Of a stretch of 64,000 nucleotides of DNA, positions 20,234-34,537 are shown one piece after another. Position numbers and translations under genes: made by a program. The notes beneath the pieces were generated by a model. The model searched no databases. It was not told where the DNA came from and was given only the letters and a program-made list of their open reading frames with translations. The stretch's first letter is position 1. Every line of letters starts with the position of its first letter. Origin of the DNA: Oopsacas minuta (taxonomy: Eukaryota; Animalia; Porifera). The stretch spans positions 989,883-1,053,882 of the forward strand of contig JAKMXF010000066.1 in the NCBI GenBank assembly GCA_024704765.1, given 5' to 3'.

Positions 20234-21895
20234 AAGACTTGTAGTATCATTTCATGCTATACAATCAGTATTATGTTTGTGTTTAATGGAGCTATACTGA
20301 ATTTAAAATATTGTAAAGATGCTAAAAAGAGGGCTTCCAATTGTAATGATAATTTGTATAAGTTATTGGAAATTCAGAAACAGGTGATATTATACAAAAG
20401 GGTCTCATGTGCAATTTGCAAATAATTAGACTCATTCACAATATAAATATGACCATTACGCTGAATATCACAAGATAATAGGGTGATAATAGAGTAGTAT
20501 TGGTATATATAACAGAGTATAAACGTCCCATACTCAATTGAAATGGAAAGAATTTGCCTAATTTTGTTGTTGTTGTTCTCCTTATTCTTTGTAAGATTCG
20601 TTGCACAAAATAATCCTGATAAAATAACTTCACTCCCTGGACAACCACAAAATGTCCCATTTGATCAATATGCTGGGTATATTACAGTGAACGAAAAGAA
20701 TCAACGCAAACTGTTCTATTTCCTTGTAGAGGCACCAGAAAATGCTGCATCGAAGCCTTTGGTGCTTTGGCAAACTGGAGGGCCTGGTTGGTCCTCCTTA
20801 TACGCTATGCTCCTTGAAAATGGTCCATTCACACCAAGTCCTGAAGGGAAAGCGCTGGATAATAATACCTGGTCATGGAACTTATTAGCTAACATGATAT
20901 ACGTTGAATCTCCTGCTGGGGTTGGATTTTCTAGTTCAAAAGTTAAGAGTGATTACAATGTTGGTGATGAACGTACTGCAACAGATCTAATTCAGTTTCT
21001 CACAGGATTCTTAGCGAAGTACCCGAAATATAAGAAAAGAACATTTTACCTTGCAGGTGAATCATATGCTGGCCACTATATTCCGAATTTAGCGCTAGAT
21101 ATTACTAAGATCAAACTTGATATCGATTTCAAAGGATTCTTAGTTGGAAATCCGTGGACTTACCCAAAGTTTGACAATAATGGTACAACATTATTCTGGT
21201 TCACGCACGGCCTAATGAGCATTGAAGATTATTCTGCTATTAATGAACATTGCAATTTCAACCAAAGTGGCCCATTTCTTATGTATCCGAATACTTATAA
21301 CATGAATAAGTTGTGTTTAGCCGCGATTACAAAAGTACGAAAAGTTCTTGATATCATAAACGTTTATGATATTTATGATGACATTTGCATGCGTGATAAG
21401 TTTATTGGCCAAGGAGGATGGTTTTCACCTGCAAGGAAGAGTCCACTAAAAAATTACAATCTTGAAGATAATCCTTGTGGTCCAACCGATTTGACTGCAT
21501 ATTTAAACAGGGCAGATGTCCAGAAAGCAATCCATGCAGAGCCACAAGAATGGAGTATGCGTTCAAAGGCTGTGACCTATTCAGTTCAAGACATGATGAC
21601 ACCAATGAAAAAGGTATGGAAGCAATTACTGCCGTACCACAATGAGCTAAAATTCCTAGTCTATTCTGGAGATGTTGATGCTGCAGTTCCATGGCTTGGA
21701 ACTCTACTGTGGATAAAAGACCTGGAAAAAGATGGTACAATCAACCTAGTCGAAGATTGGAATCCATGGTATGGCTCAACAGTACAAGTAGGAGGATTTA
21801 CTCTACAGTATGATAAGATGACGTTCAAGACTGTACGTGATGCAGGACACCAAGTACCTTCCTCACAACCAAGACGTGCATATGATATGCTAAAC
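19916..21895 (+). repeat. Near-identical 297-nt direct repeat shared by the 3' ends of the two carboxypeptidases (19916-20212 and 21599-21895)
   Basis: Base-by-base comparison shows only two mismatches, both within the first ~45 nt. Confidence 0.9.
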
Positions 21896-21922
21896 AATTT
21901 TCTCAATAACAAAATGGATTAG
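20543..21922 (+). CDS. Serine carboxypeptidase (peptidase S10), copy B
   Basis: Signal peptide; GGPGWSS variant, GESYAG, YSGDVD, AGHQVP; tandem paralog of copy A. Confidence 0.92.
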   Translation: MERICLILLLLFSLFFVRFVAQNNPDKITSLPGQPQNVPFDQYAGYITVNEKNQRKLFYFLVEAPENAASKPLVLWQTGGPGWSSLYAMLLENGPFTPSPEGKALDNNTWSWNLLANMIYVESPAGVGFSSSKVKSDYNVGDERTATDLIQFLTGFLAKYPKYKKRTFYLAGESYAGHYIPNLALDITKIKLDIDFKGFLVGNPWTYPKFDNNGTTLFWFTHGLMSIEDYSAINEHCNFNQSGPFLMYPNTYNMNKLCLAAITKVRKVLDIINVYDIYDDICMRDKFIGQGGWFSPARKSPLKNYNLEDNPCGPTDLTAYLNRADVQKAIHAEPQEWSMRSKAVTYSVQDMMTPMKKVWKQLLPYHNELKFLVYSGDVDAAVPWLGTLLWIKDLEKDGTINLVEDWNPWYGSTVQVGGFTLQYDKMTFKTVRDAGHQVPSSQPRRAYDMLNNFLNNKMD

Positions 21923-24900
21923 AAATTTCTCTGAAATATGTTTGCATTATATCTACGCTCAAAACAATATTATTAGTAATGGGTTGCATTCAATGAATTA
22001 TTCTTAGTGATAAATTATATAAATGTTCTTCCGCGTGAGTTTGCGTAATCAGCGAATTCTCAACATTCTCCCAGAAATTGGACGTTAATTGTTATCATTA
22101 TTTCATGAGAAGAATGTAGTACCAGCTTGTAGTGATAATACCTTGTAGTTCTGATGAATTATTAACAAATATTTGAACTAAATGAACGAGTTTCTTCTGA
22201 GTAAGGAGAATTGAGAAATGCCACATAACCTTCAAATATTATTCCCAAGTCCTACACTGTCAAATATTGAGAGCAGTTTAATATGTCAGCTATAAATCTA
22301 CAAATTCCAAACCGAGATTAACTTAGTTACACTGGAGCAGGAAGCAGAATTATAATTAAATGTCCTCTACTGTGGATGTTCCAACATTTAGTGGCTTCCT
22401 AGTGATTGACTATATTATAATAGCTCCACTAATCTAAGCAAAGTCGGATTAATAAGAATTATGCGGACCAAGCCAGTTCTACACCAATTCGCAAGTAGTT
22501 GCAAAACGAGATTCAAACACCATGCTGATGAACGAAACCTATAATATAAAAGGTGATGTAAGGGCATTATGAATCAATTATAAAACAAATTGAAGCCTTG
22601 GTGGAACCGCCGGCTATCTATGATAATGTAAAATGGCAACGCAAGTACACTATTTACTATGATAGGCACAGTCGGAACCAGACAATACATGATTTAGTAA
22701 ATTGCATTGCAAGCCAGTAGATAGTCTGTCTATGCAATATATATAGTGTCTGATGAGCAGAGCTTCGCTCTAGCGCTAGACTATATAAAATCAGCATTTT
22801 GATAAAAGTTAGAATATACAATTGATGCAACTAGTCTAGACAAAAGAAGAATCTATTAAAATGGCTAATATTTCCCCGAATATCTCTCCAAGTTCAATAA
22901 TATCAAGTCCATCAATTTCAAGAGGTTTGTAAATTTGATTTCATATTATCTTTGGAAAACTTTGGAATTTTGACATTCATTCGAAATACAACAATTTTTG
23001 TATTTACTACAATAAAATCTAGCATATGTGTATATTTATTCAGAGCTAATTAGTTTATAAATATATTTTACGCTAAAATTCGCCTTTATCGAGTTTGTCA
23101 AATCCATGATAGAGAATAAATTGCAATATTTCAACTCTGATATAGTAATAACGTTTTTCAACAAAATTAATTATAAACGCTTGTTAGCTAATATTTTTGT
23201 TACAAATTAATAGAAATTTAATATAAGTAAAAATGGAGAAATATTAAAATTAAACGATGTAATCCAGCAAATACAGGCAGAAAGGCTACACTCCGCTTGA
23301 ATAACAAAACACCAGGCAGGCATTTTTCTAGCCAAACTATTTGATTAAAGAATTTAATTGAATTAATTCAACAATTTACTTAATTACATGGAATGACACT
23401 ATCTCTATGCAAGTCCAAAAATAAATAAATTTAAAATTTATAAATCACTGAATAGATATACATAGAATATGTCGATGTCAACAAAAAAGACACCATGTCT
23501 ACACTAGGTATTTAGTCTGGTTACTAACTGAAATTCGGTAGTAAGTCTCAAGAAGATTAGATTTATGGCTATAATACATGATTTGATGTGATTATATGTC
23601 TGTGAGCTATTTACTGGCTAATCAATTCTTTATTTGTGGTGTACAGATAATGAGGCAATTTGTTTCTATTGTATTCTAGATTATGCAAGTAGTACAGACC
23701 TATCTGATTTTAACGCGATAAAGTTAATTATAGCTATATTTAGAAATAATTAATATTCTAAATTTCACGCAAATTTTACTAATAATGTTGTAAGTGACCA
23801 AGTAGAATATCAAATTTGAAACCAAGGAAGAATTGAATATAGATAAATCTCTAATAAATGTCTAGAAACATGACTACAGCCTATTGCCATTTATGATTCT
23901 AGACGAGCAAGTCAGGGAAGTTAATTATGAATTCTTAAGGTGATGTAACAATCCAAATTTGAATTCAAACTATTTGCTTTCATGAAGGAAAGGAAGACTT
24001 GTGTCTGTCTATTGAAATGTAAATAAAACCAGATACTAAAGCTGTTTCAAATTATAATTTAATTAGATACCACTCTCTACGAGCGTAGGTTTGTTAAGAA
24101 TTATAAGACACAACAATTCACATAGAAATATTACTGAATAAATAAATATAATCAGCACACTAACATAATCCTTTATCTATCCAATTTACAACTGAATACA
24201 TTTTGAAAATATAAGATCGTTTGTAGACCAACGGGGTAATCAAATGGCTATTTAATTGCTAATCAATACTTTGTTAATGCTAATTATGGAATATAGAATT
24301 ACTTTATAGAATCCGCCCACTCGAATAAACTAGCTGATACATTGACAGAATATTTGCATAGAATATTTACATAAATAAAGCAAGTGATAACATAATTATT
24401 GAAACTATGTCTGCTTAATATTTCCTATAGCAAATACTCCACGTATCTACAAAAAGAGACCGCTAGAGTATTGTGATGACAAAGCACTTAAAAGACGGAA
24501 ACATGTTTTAACAGCCAGTCTATTCAAACCACCAATACCAAACGTTATTGTATTACCTCAAGATCAAACACAGACAACTCAATTCGAACTACAATCACAA
24601 AATAATAAGATATGTAAGTTAAATATTTAGTAATTTGCTTCTATACAGAGAATATAGTGATTGAAATTAGCTGAGAATTGCAATAATTGCAATCATGAAA
24701 TTTCTAATTATTCATGAATAGGTACTATCTGTTCAAGGCATTAATGACGTCTATACACATGTAATAAATAGTATATTCTCTTGACCACAATTGTGCATGT
24801 GGATTTGTAAAATTGCGAGAATTGTACCTGACTAGCTTTATCAACTAATAGTATTCAGACCAAATAATTTCGAATTGGGTAGTTTGAAAAGTTGATATTT

Positions 24901-25650
24901 ATTAGTAAATAAACTTAATATTGTATTGTGTGTGTGTATGATTATTGTCTATACAGTATAAGCCAAGTTGTCTAGACACAATTATTACAAGAGATGTATC
25001 GATGTCTACAGAGATCAATTTGTGTAACCATAATACAGATATTGATTTACATAATTGATTGGAAGAGCTGTTTATACATTGTTTGGATTCCATTTATTTA
25101 TTAATTTGCCTTGAAATGTAGATTAGTCAAAAATCCTTTGGAAATACGTAGTAATTGGTGGGTGAGTATTAGTTTATGAAAATTTTGGTCTTCTCAGAAT
25201 AAAGACTAGTAAATAGCTAAATGAGATGCTATAATACCTCATTTTGCAAATATTGGATGTAATTCTAATGATTCAGATGTTAAGATTAAGTTCGTAGCAG
25301 TTTTGACGGACAAATAAAAAGTTATGCAATATAGAGTGAAAAATAAGTCGAATAAGTTACTCACTTATGCTAACTATTTTCATGGAATATTTTCTAAGAC
25401 AGGATGACGTGGACAAAAAATAACCTAAATTTATGGTAGTTCACACTTCACACACAGTACGGATGTCCAAAATGGATGATTTGGACATTGTCTACCATTA
25501 TCAAATTAATTTGAAAATTCTTGCAATTTCAATTCATTCAATCACGTCTACCAACCAAATTACCCTGCATAAAAATCTTAATAGTAGATTTCATCATCTT
25601 TCAGCACTCAATGTTTAGTCTACATCACTTGTATTGGCTCAACCTACTTA

Positions 25651-28600
25651 ATGCTCGCTTGTGATTATCAAATTTCATTCTATATAGCTTCTACCTATCC
25701 CTTTCCATTCATTGTACAAGCCCCCATGAAGCGTGATACAATTATGCAACAGCCAAACATTCCTACTGAATTAGCCCAAATCTTACCTCAATCGAATTCA
25801 ACACTTAAAAGTGATCCTCCAAATTTCCACCTACTTAAACATATTAATCCCCTCGTGTTAGTATGTGTTGGAGACTTGATAGATTCTCCTACGCACTTTC
25901 TTGAAAAAGACATCAAAAAATCATTATTATTCAAAGATGTCTGTGATAGCATGTTACCTAACGCGAACAGATCTTGGAAAGTTTGCTTATCACCTGAATC
26001 ATTGGTTCTGTTCATAATCAACTATCTAACCAGTGTATCGAATGGTGGGATTGTAATGAAAGAACTGCTCGAGACAATGTTAGTGTATGCCAAGATGGGA
26101 GAGCATGATTGGATGCAAGTAAGTGAGAATTTGAATTGTATATTTAAATTTCGCGAAGTTCTTGAAATTATTTATTTATTTATTATTTAGGTATATTACC
26201 AGTTTAATAATTCTATTTGGAAAATGCAAGTTAGCCATTTAGCCAGGCTTGCAGCATACCAATCAAACTCTAATGTTATGATAATGCAATCTGCAATCTC
26301 ACTTGTCAATGGGGTCAATAATGCATTGTGTTCATTATCTGAGTTAAAGAAATTTCCTGACTTTATTGTTGTACTCTATAACAACTCAATTCAGACAAAC
26401 AAACCATTAGAATTCTGTGTAATTGTTCTAAACAAGTACATTTCTAAAACAATTCAAGAGCAAGATGTTCAAGTTTCCAAAGATAAAATCAATCTCAATT
26501 TTACCAAGAGTGTTGACGAGGATCAGATTAGAAAGCTTTTATACAAAAGAAGTCAACTGTTAAGAGATAGAGCATTACCTCCTTTTAGGGCTACAAGTTT
26601 CTCAACGTATTGCACAGCTGCAATGCTAGAAAGAGTGCTACCTCAAACTTCAAGTATTGTGGAGTATCAGCCAAAGGGACCTTTCAAACAACAGGAAATA
26701 GCAGCTCTAACACTTTTGAAAAAGGTACGAACTTTCATAATTTTTTGCAATATTTTGTGATATCTCAATATATTTATTACTCTACAAATTAATAGGTAAA
26801 AGGTCTCCGTAACTCAGTTACTGATACATCCTTCATTTCAAACTTTACAAGTGTTGATTTCTACATTTTCGTTCCTACTACGCCCACACTATACTGGCAG
26901 ACAATTGAGCGATTGTCTGAGTCGAATCTTATCAAAGATGCGATTAGGGCACAATTAAATGATGAGAGAATACCTTCAATCGCTTTAGCAGAGAGTCATG
27001 TTATCAAACTTGATTTAAGTCAAGTAGTTAATCCTGAGCTAATAGCCTTGATTAATACGGTGCAAACACGTACAAATACACTGTTTATTTGTGTGCAAGA
27101 CAATGCACATAGGTTTACTACCCTAAGCAACGGATCTATGCAGCCAAATAATAGCTCTGTGGTTGTATCAAATCCTTGCCTCGCATACATGAATCTATTA
27201 CATATGCCAAATGTTTTGTCATTAGCCGTCACTTCAAGTCCATTATCGTTACTCAACTCGCAATCTTCTATTCCACCTGAAAACGAAGTTAACTGGCGAG
27301 AAACTGAAATAAATCCATGTCATTTAACATATCCACAAGGTGCTCATTATCAAGATATTGAGTCTATCCTTGAAGAAGATACAGATGTAAAATTGTTTGA
27401 AGATACTGTTTTTGAAGATAAAGTCGAACAGCTGTGCCAGCATTCAAAGTAAGTTAATTCTCAAATAATAACGTAGTTAATGATGAAATTATTGTCAGCT
27501 GTAGCAGCGTAAAGAAACAGCAACCTGTAGATTTTAGAAATTCAAACAATCTTACGCTAGATATGATTACAATAATGTCTATATTGTGTCTGTTAGTATA
27601 TTGAAAGTCACAAAAATTGTCCAACTATAGGCAGATCAGGTGATCTCAGGATTATATTATTGAATTTGATCTTTGATGTGATTTTACCCACCATTTAAAT
27701 AGAAATGTAATTACAAACTTTCCCGGCATAAGGACGAATAAATTATCAAGATACATCATGATATTTACAGGTGCGGGTTCTAAGCTATTTTGAGCCAAGA
27801 AATGAAGCAATTTCAATGCCCACACTTGTTGTACTGATACGTAGATTCTATCAATGATCCGTTAATGATATTGTGTTAGATAAACTTTCAATATTTACAG
27901 ACATAACAACATTGAAATATTAACAAACCAACAAGTCACATCCCATATACTCTGATAGTTATAGGATTTATCTCTAATCATCCTGATCACCATAGTGTAA
28001 TACGATAGTATTTTCAAATAATTCCAATGATGATATATGCACCAATCAGGCAATCATTAATATTTTTCACAGTTTAAAGGTCATTAAAATACTTTCACTG
28101 TGTACTAATCGAATTTCCCTTTAAAAATCAATGTTCGCAGAAAATATATAATTTCTACGTTGCCCAATGAACTAATCATGTCCATTTATAGATATGAAGA
28201 CAGTACATTCGACATAATACGTGCTCGTCTACTAGCACAAGAATATACAACAGCTCTACTCAAGTTGACAGGACAGGCGAAAAATCTTACATGCTCTGGT
28301 GAAACATTTTCTATGCTCCACGACCTCATTTCCCAGCCTATGAACAATAACTATGGCTATGGACCAATGATTGCACTACGAGTACACAGTACTGATGTCG
28401 GGAAGTTTGTCTATGATCAGTTGGTCAATGCGAGAAAAGACGTTGGGCTTCAGTACAGATTTGAGGTATTATTTCATAATTTGTTGAGTAAGACTTAGAA
28501 AATACAAATACGTAACCGTTAATTCCATATAACATAATTTATAAACGAGACATCGTATAGACAGTTATCTTGATTAATAAGGTGGAAAACTTGTAGGATG

Positions 28601-31600
28601 GTATAACTTGTAAGATTGCCCATATGTTTCTGGAAATTTTTCAGAAACGATGATGCTAAAAAAGTAAAAGAATTCATAATGACTCGACAATAGAATTAAT
28701 ATACTAAAGAGGGAAAATTTTCAGATTAGCATATGTTATTGACAAAATATTGATGGCAATTAGACAGGTTTACAGTCTTATGCTATGAGTTGGGTGTAGG
28801 CAAAATTAATATTGTTTAGAAAATAAACACTTGAAAGGAAAGTAATGAATTCTTCCTTTTCAACATTGGAGCATTGGTTTATGTTTGATTGGAGAAAATA
28901 CGTTGCTTGACTCACTCGTACATGAATAATTATATCAAGAGACGAATTGTGGCATAAACGTGTAGATTGAAAAGGAAATGTTGTTATCATCCAACAACAT
29001 TCTAGAAATAACATAAATATGTAAATGCATGCGCCATTGAGATTATTTTCAAATAGAATACCTATAATATTTTGCCAAAAAATTTAACACTAAAATTCCC
29101 TAGATAATCTTAGATGATGGCTCTCAAGATCTGAGCATAGACCCTTACTTTGTCCAAAGGATGCGCACATGGAAATTTGGGAAGCACGCCAATGATAAGG
29201 GTGCATATCAATACAGTTATTTCTCAGCTCTCAAGTTGCACCAAACAACATGGCAACCGAAAACATATCTACAGCTCAATAACTTGCCCTGCATCTTGAT
29301 TGTAGCTGGAGATGAAAGAGGAGGTGAAACACTACCAAAGTACGTGCCAAATACTAAATTCAAATTAGTTTAATTATACTGAAAACATTAGAAATCGATC
29401 TAATTAATTAAGAATTACTTAACATGGTAGAATCATGATAACAAAAGAATCCTTAACTCTATCCTAGACGGGAGACCCTGTCCATCAAACATAGAATCAG
29501 AATTCGTGAAGCAATCAATTTTAAAATGTAATCAACAAATTCCTCGAACTCTTACACTAGCCCGATTGGTTATACTCTTCTTACAGATTAAACAACGATA
29601 CAATAGTAACCACTGTGTGTAGCGTCAGCAGAGTACATTCTTAGCAATTTACTGTGAGAGAACTCATATAAAATTGCTGGTATAGTGTTATCTAGTTGCC
29701 AATTCGATTGGACAAGTGATTTTCAATATAATGATATCAGCATTAATACAATACAAAGCTCTTCATGACCCCTTAATTTTCACTATAAACTTCCTTTGTA
29801 TTCTATTTGGTCTACTTAGTAGATATCAACATGGAATAAAGTTCATTCAATGTTATAACAAAGTTCTTCTGGTTGCAAATGCTATACCATTTGTGTCTAT
29901 AGATCCGTATCACATTATGACCTGAGGCTAGTCAGTGGAATCTCAGTTACATCACACAGCCTGAATTTGGATCTTGGATACATCCATCATTATGTGGACT
30001 CTCAGAAAACTCCCAAGAAAGATCGTGCTAATACACAATGCATGAGTCAATCAGGAATTCTTCCAAAATCTCTGCTACAAAACAGCATTTTCGTACAAGA
30101 ATCAAATCCTGATGAATCTCTAGATTGTGTAACAAACGGACTTGGAGGGAATAATAATGAAGATTTCAGAATGAACACTGAAGACCCTCCAGAGTGAGTA
30201 TAATATTTCCTAAATGAATACTATGACTATATTGATTGCATTATGATGTAATTATGTGTATTTCCAGTCAGTGGGTCTGTCAGTATTATTACACACAATA
30301 TAATTAATTGTATTCTAGACAAATCGGAGACTCAAATGAAGATTCACTTCCTATGATTTCAATCAGTCCAGCCAAATCTCCACTCTCACAAATTTCAAAC
30401 ACATCGAGTCACAGTTCAAATAAAAAGTTTTCCATTGAGCATTTAACATCAAATATTGAACCAACAGTGACCTCCCATCTAATGGAAACTGAAGAAGCAA
30501 TAAGTACAGATATCGCTGATGGGCCTTCTTCAGGGCGCAACAGTGTAATCTCAAGTTTCTCCGACCCAGAAATAAATCAACACCCACAGGAATTTCAATC
30601 AACTCAAACAGAACCTGTTCAGGCTGCCAGATCAACTATTTGGGTAAGCAGCAGAATTCAATGGAAATCTATCTGTTTGTCTTTATGACAACAATTTGTT
30701 CATTTATCAAAAATTTGATGGCTGTTGAACTCATATAATATAGCAGAACCAATTATCCATTACTTTTCCCTATATTTCCATCAAAATATATCAATGCAAT
30801 ATTTACAGGAGTTATTTTCTAGAAAACACCTGCACAAGGAATGGATTATACAAGTGTTGGCGTTTCGAAGCCTCAAATCTCCAATAGCATGCCACATACC
30901 ATCAAATACAAACCAAATGCCATTCAGCAAAGTTCCAGGCTACTCAAGCCTCACCCTTTATCATCTCTACATAATATAAGCATGTCTTCACTAAACTCAC
31001 GAGAGGAAATTATTACTGAAGCAGACGATTTTGATGATGAGGATGAAGATGATGCGATTGGTGTTCCAGATTACTATAACACACTCACTTGTTTACTCTC
31101 CAGACCTTATAAGAATATTCTAACTTCTAAGTTTGCAACTTTGAACATACGAAATATACTACGTGAGTTCACATAAGAGATCGTTAATATTTAATTTTAA
31201 ATATTTGGACTATTAAAACATGCAAATTTGGCCTACAATGATAAGTACATTCTCTATAAGGCAATTAGAACAACGTGTTTTATTAAAAACATATGTTTAT
31301 TGAGAAATTCGTCTATTTTCTAGCGCCATCACGCAATCTGATATTCGAGGAAAATCTAGACAGACAACCACAGAATAACACATCTGACTATGGAAAGTTA
31401 AGCAAATATTACAGACAATGGGCTAGTCCCTGTACTAATCATATTGACCTTATACGGGCATCATTATCTTCAAAATTTCAAATTGGAAAGCTTCAACCTA
31501 TTTCAACACGTTTTTTATTAACTGGACCGCCACAGGTATGTATTTTCTTAAAATTTACAAATCTACGAATATTCAAATGCTATTATACTAATTATAGGTA

Positions 31601-34537
31601 GGCAAGACAGGTGCTTATATTCTATTCATCAAACTACTACAAGATCTCGTACATTCAAGTAACTTTGTTAAAATTTATGACAAATTCGAATGCGAAAATT
31701 CAACTTCAAATCCAAGAAGTCCAGCCTCTACAAACACATCAAATTTCTCGTTACCTAAATCAATGGATATTTTGAAATCTAAATTTGATTCAAATCCTAT
31801 TAACCTGTATCAACACGAGAGGCTGTCAAAATTAATATATATAGAAGGTGAATCTCCAAAACGGTCATTTCCAGCCCAAACATTCGTCTCACACACCCAG
31901 GGCGCATCTCCGGAACTCAATTCCGAATACCGTGTAACCAACGCTTCTTCCGTGATTATCAAAGAAGAAATCCAATCTCCAGTACATGAAGATGAGACAT
32001 ATATTTCCACACACAATTTCAATGAGCTTCCTACCCCTAAATTCGACCACTCTACGCCAATGAAAGAAGACTGTTTCTCTGTAATACAACAGTTACCAGA
32101 TCTAGCATATGCTTATGATAAATCACATTCATGTCCACACTGTGTTGAGTATTACGGACGTCTAAACAACTTAGCAATTGAACTAACATATAAGATGAAT
32201 AATGGACAAGGTCCTCAGCTAAAATTCTATATACCACAACAACATATAGTAAATTTCCAGTACACTGCTAATAAGGTAAATATTTGTATTATAGACAATA
32301 TGACTGTCTATTTATTATTTGTATCTCTAGACTTTGGTTCGGATGAATTTGGCATTTTATGAGCGTGAAAACCCTATGAAGCCAGAAAACTTCATATGCA
32401 GGACACCGATCTTCACTCCATCAACAGGTCGTGCTAAATCTGGTCTATTTAATTTAGCTCATGTTATGAAGCATCAAAAGCACATTCACATAATTGTGGT
32501 GAACGAAAATGAGGTTTTTGAATATAGAAAAAAATGGCCAACACACATCATAATGGCAGTTCCAAATCTACCAGAATTCTATAGCTTAGGTAAGTCTACT
32601 ATTCAATTCATATTGAATAATGTGGTAGCTTTGCTCTGGTCCCTGACGTAGTTACATAAATAAACATATGCAGCTGTAGCTCTATATAGCATATAGGATA
32701 TTGAAATTTATTTACTATTTCCTATCAACGTAGGTGGCGTAATGGAATTCATCAAGCAATTTTCTACAGAGAACTATAACGCTCATGAAAGAGTTGTTCT
32801 GAACCAGAATTACATTATCTGGCCATACATCCTAATTCTCAGCGATTCATGTCTGATGTTTAAGTCAACACCCGCGCAGCTTGAGCCACCAAATACGTAA
32901 GTTTAATTCGGAATTATGAGTTGCTTTCTCATTATCCATTCACCATTTTATCACAATAATTGGTATAGAAAAGAGATAATATATGTGAAACCATTTACCA
33001 TATTGGATTTGCAGGTGGTCATTTAATGGAGGAATTACCGACATTATCGGAAGAGAGTTATCAGTGAAATTAAAACTATTAGGTTTCTATCCAAATTATA
33101 AGAATAATTACGTGTCTGTGCGTGACAGACAATCAACGATTCGGAATAGAGTTAATACAAAAATAGTGTAGCAATCTTCCATATTTTCTGGATTAGAAAT
33201 CTAATCTACAACCTCTTAGTTGTAATTAATTGAGAATTTGGTAATAGTTTTTTCTATGCCTCCAATAAGCTAATAGATATTTAATTATGTTTAATCTCCT
33301 TAGATAGCCACTAATAATTCATCAAAGATTCTAAATAAAATTTGCAAATTATTACTTCAGTAGTCCACATGTTTAATTTACATTACGCATATATTTTATT
33401 AACAGAAGTCAGAACAATTGTATTACACTATTCGACATCCTAAAATTCATAGAGGTGGATCCTGAATTCATTAAATACGGTGCAATGAGCGTCAGACAGT
33501 GGACGTCGAAGAGTGTGCCAGAAGAAAATTTCACCAAAAGTTTCCTAAACACAAGTTTCCTATACTTACACGTTGCTATGCTAAAAGACGTTCACTTTGA
33601 TCCTCTGAGTCATACTTTTATTGCAGCTGATGTAACGCTTAAACTCCTTGTAAGTTATAACGGTTAAGCGAACCTGACTGCAGATACTTGAAAAAATCTA
33701 AATTTCGGTATGTACCTGTATCAAAGTTGAAATGATCATTTGATGCCTGACAATTTCAACTACTTAACCATTTTGTAATATTAGCATATCATTACAATAC
33801 GTATACACGAACCTGTTAAGATAATGTAATAGAAGATTATGTAGAATTACTACGAAGTTCAAGGTAGTATTTCAATACAAATAACCCGAATTTTATTGTT
33901 CATATTTCTCTATTAGGCATTCGGGATACCTTTCTGCAGAATCAACAACTTTTCTTACATTAAAAAATTCATCAAAAATGGTGGAGAATCATTCCATGAT
34001 TCTACCTACAATAAAGTTAGATATAATCTTCTTTGTAACCCCGAGAAGTTCATTGGAACTCCAGACTGTGATCAAGCATCTTCCATTACTGTATCAGGTT
34101 CATACATTATGGAAGCTTATTTACAGAAAGCTGCAAGTAAAATATTTCCACTCGCAAACTCCAGAGATCATCCAGTGCTGCAGGTCAACAAATTCATGAA
34201 TTTCTCAGATAACACGTTTGTATCATTCGTACATGAAAAGACACACAGTAACCATGGACAACATAAAGATACAAAATATGGCGGACTTCTAATTTTTAGC
34301 TCAGAAATGTTGGAAGATTCAAAGTTCCTCAAAAACTTTCAGTTCGTCCACGGAGCTACGATTTGTCTTGTCGTAACTAAGAACCGATTGAACCTCAGAA
34401 AAGAAATCACAAGACTTAACTTGGAAGATAGTTGGCGGTTTAAACTTAGCAACGAGTCATTTACACTTTGTGCCCTCGAATGTCAACCCCTATACTTCTA
34501 CACAGGGCGATACGATGTGCTACAAGAATCGAATTGA
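25651..34537 (+). CDS. GREB1: GREB1/GREB1L-like protein (multi-exon; 5' end uncertain, possible upstream exon 24431-24613)
   Basis: Exon peptides WQPKTYLQLNNLPCILI, IFTPSTGRAKSGLFNL..WPTHIIM, WPYILILSDSC, FIEVDPEFIKYGAMSVRQWTSK and KIFPL..HPVLQV..GATICLV..LEDSWRFKL..PLYFYTGR parallel the GREB1 circularly permuted SF2-like and C-terminal glycosyltransferase-like domains (comparison from memory). Confidence 0.85.

Noticed and set aside
22359-22440. Short ORF MSSTVDVPTFSGFLVID resembling the GREB1 N-terminal DVPAGFLLVG
   Set aside because: Similarity is only a few residues, there is a nearby stop, and no splice path to the GREB1 exons was found.
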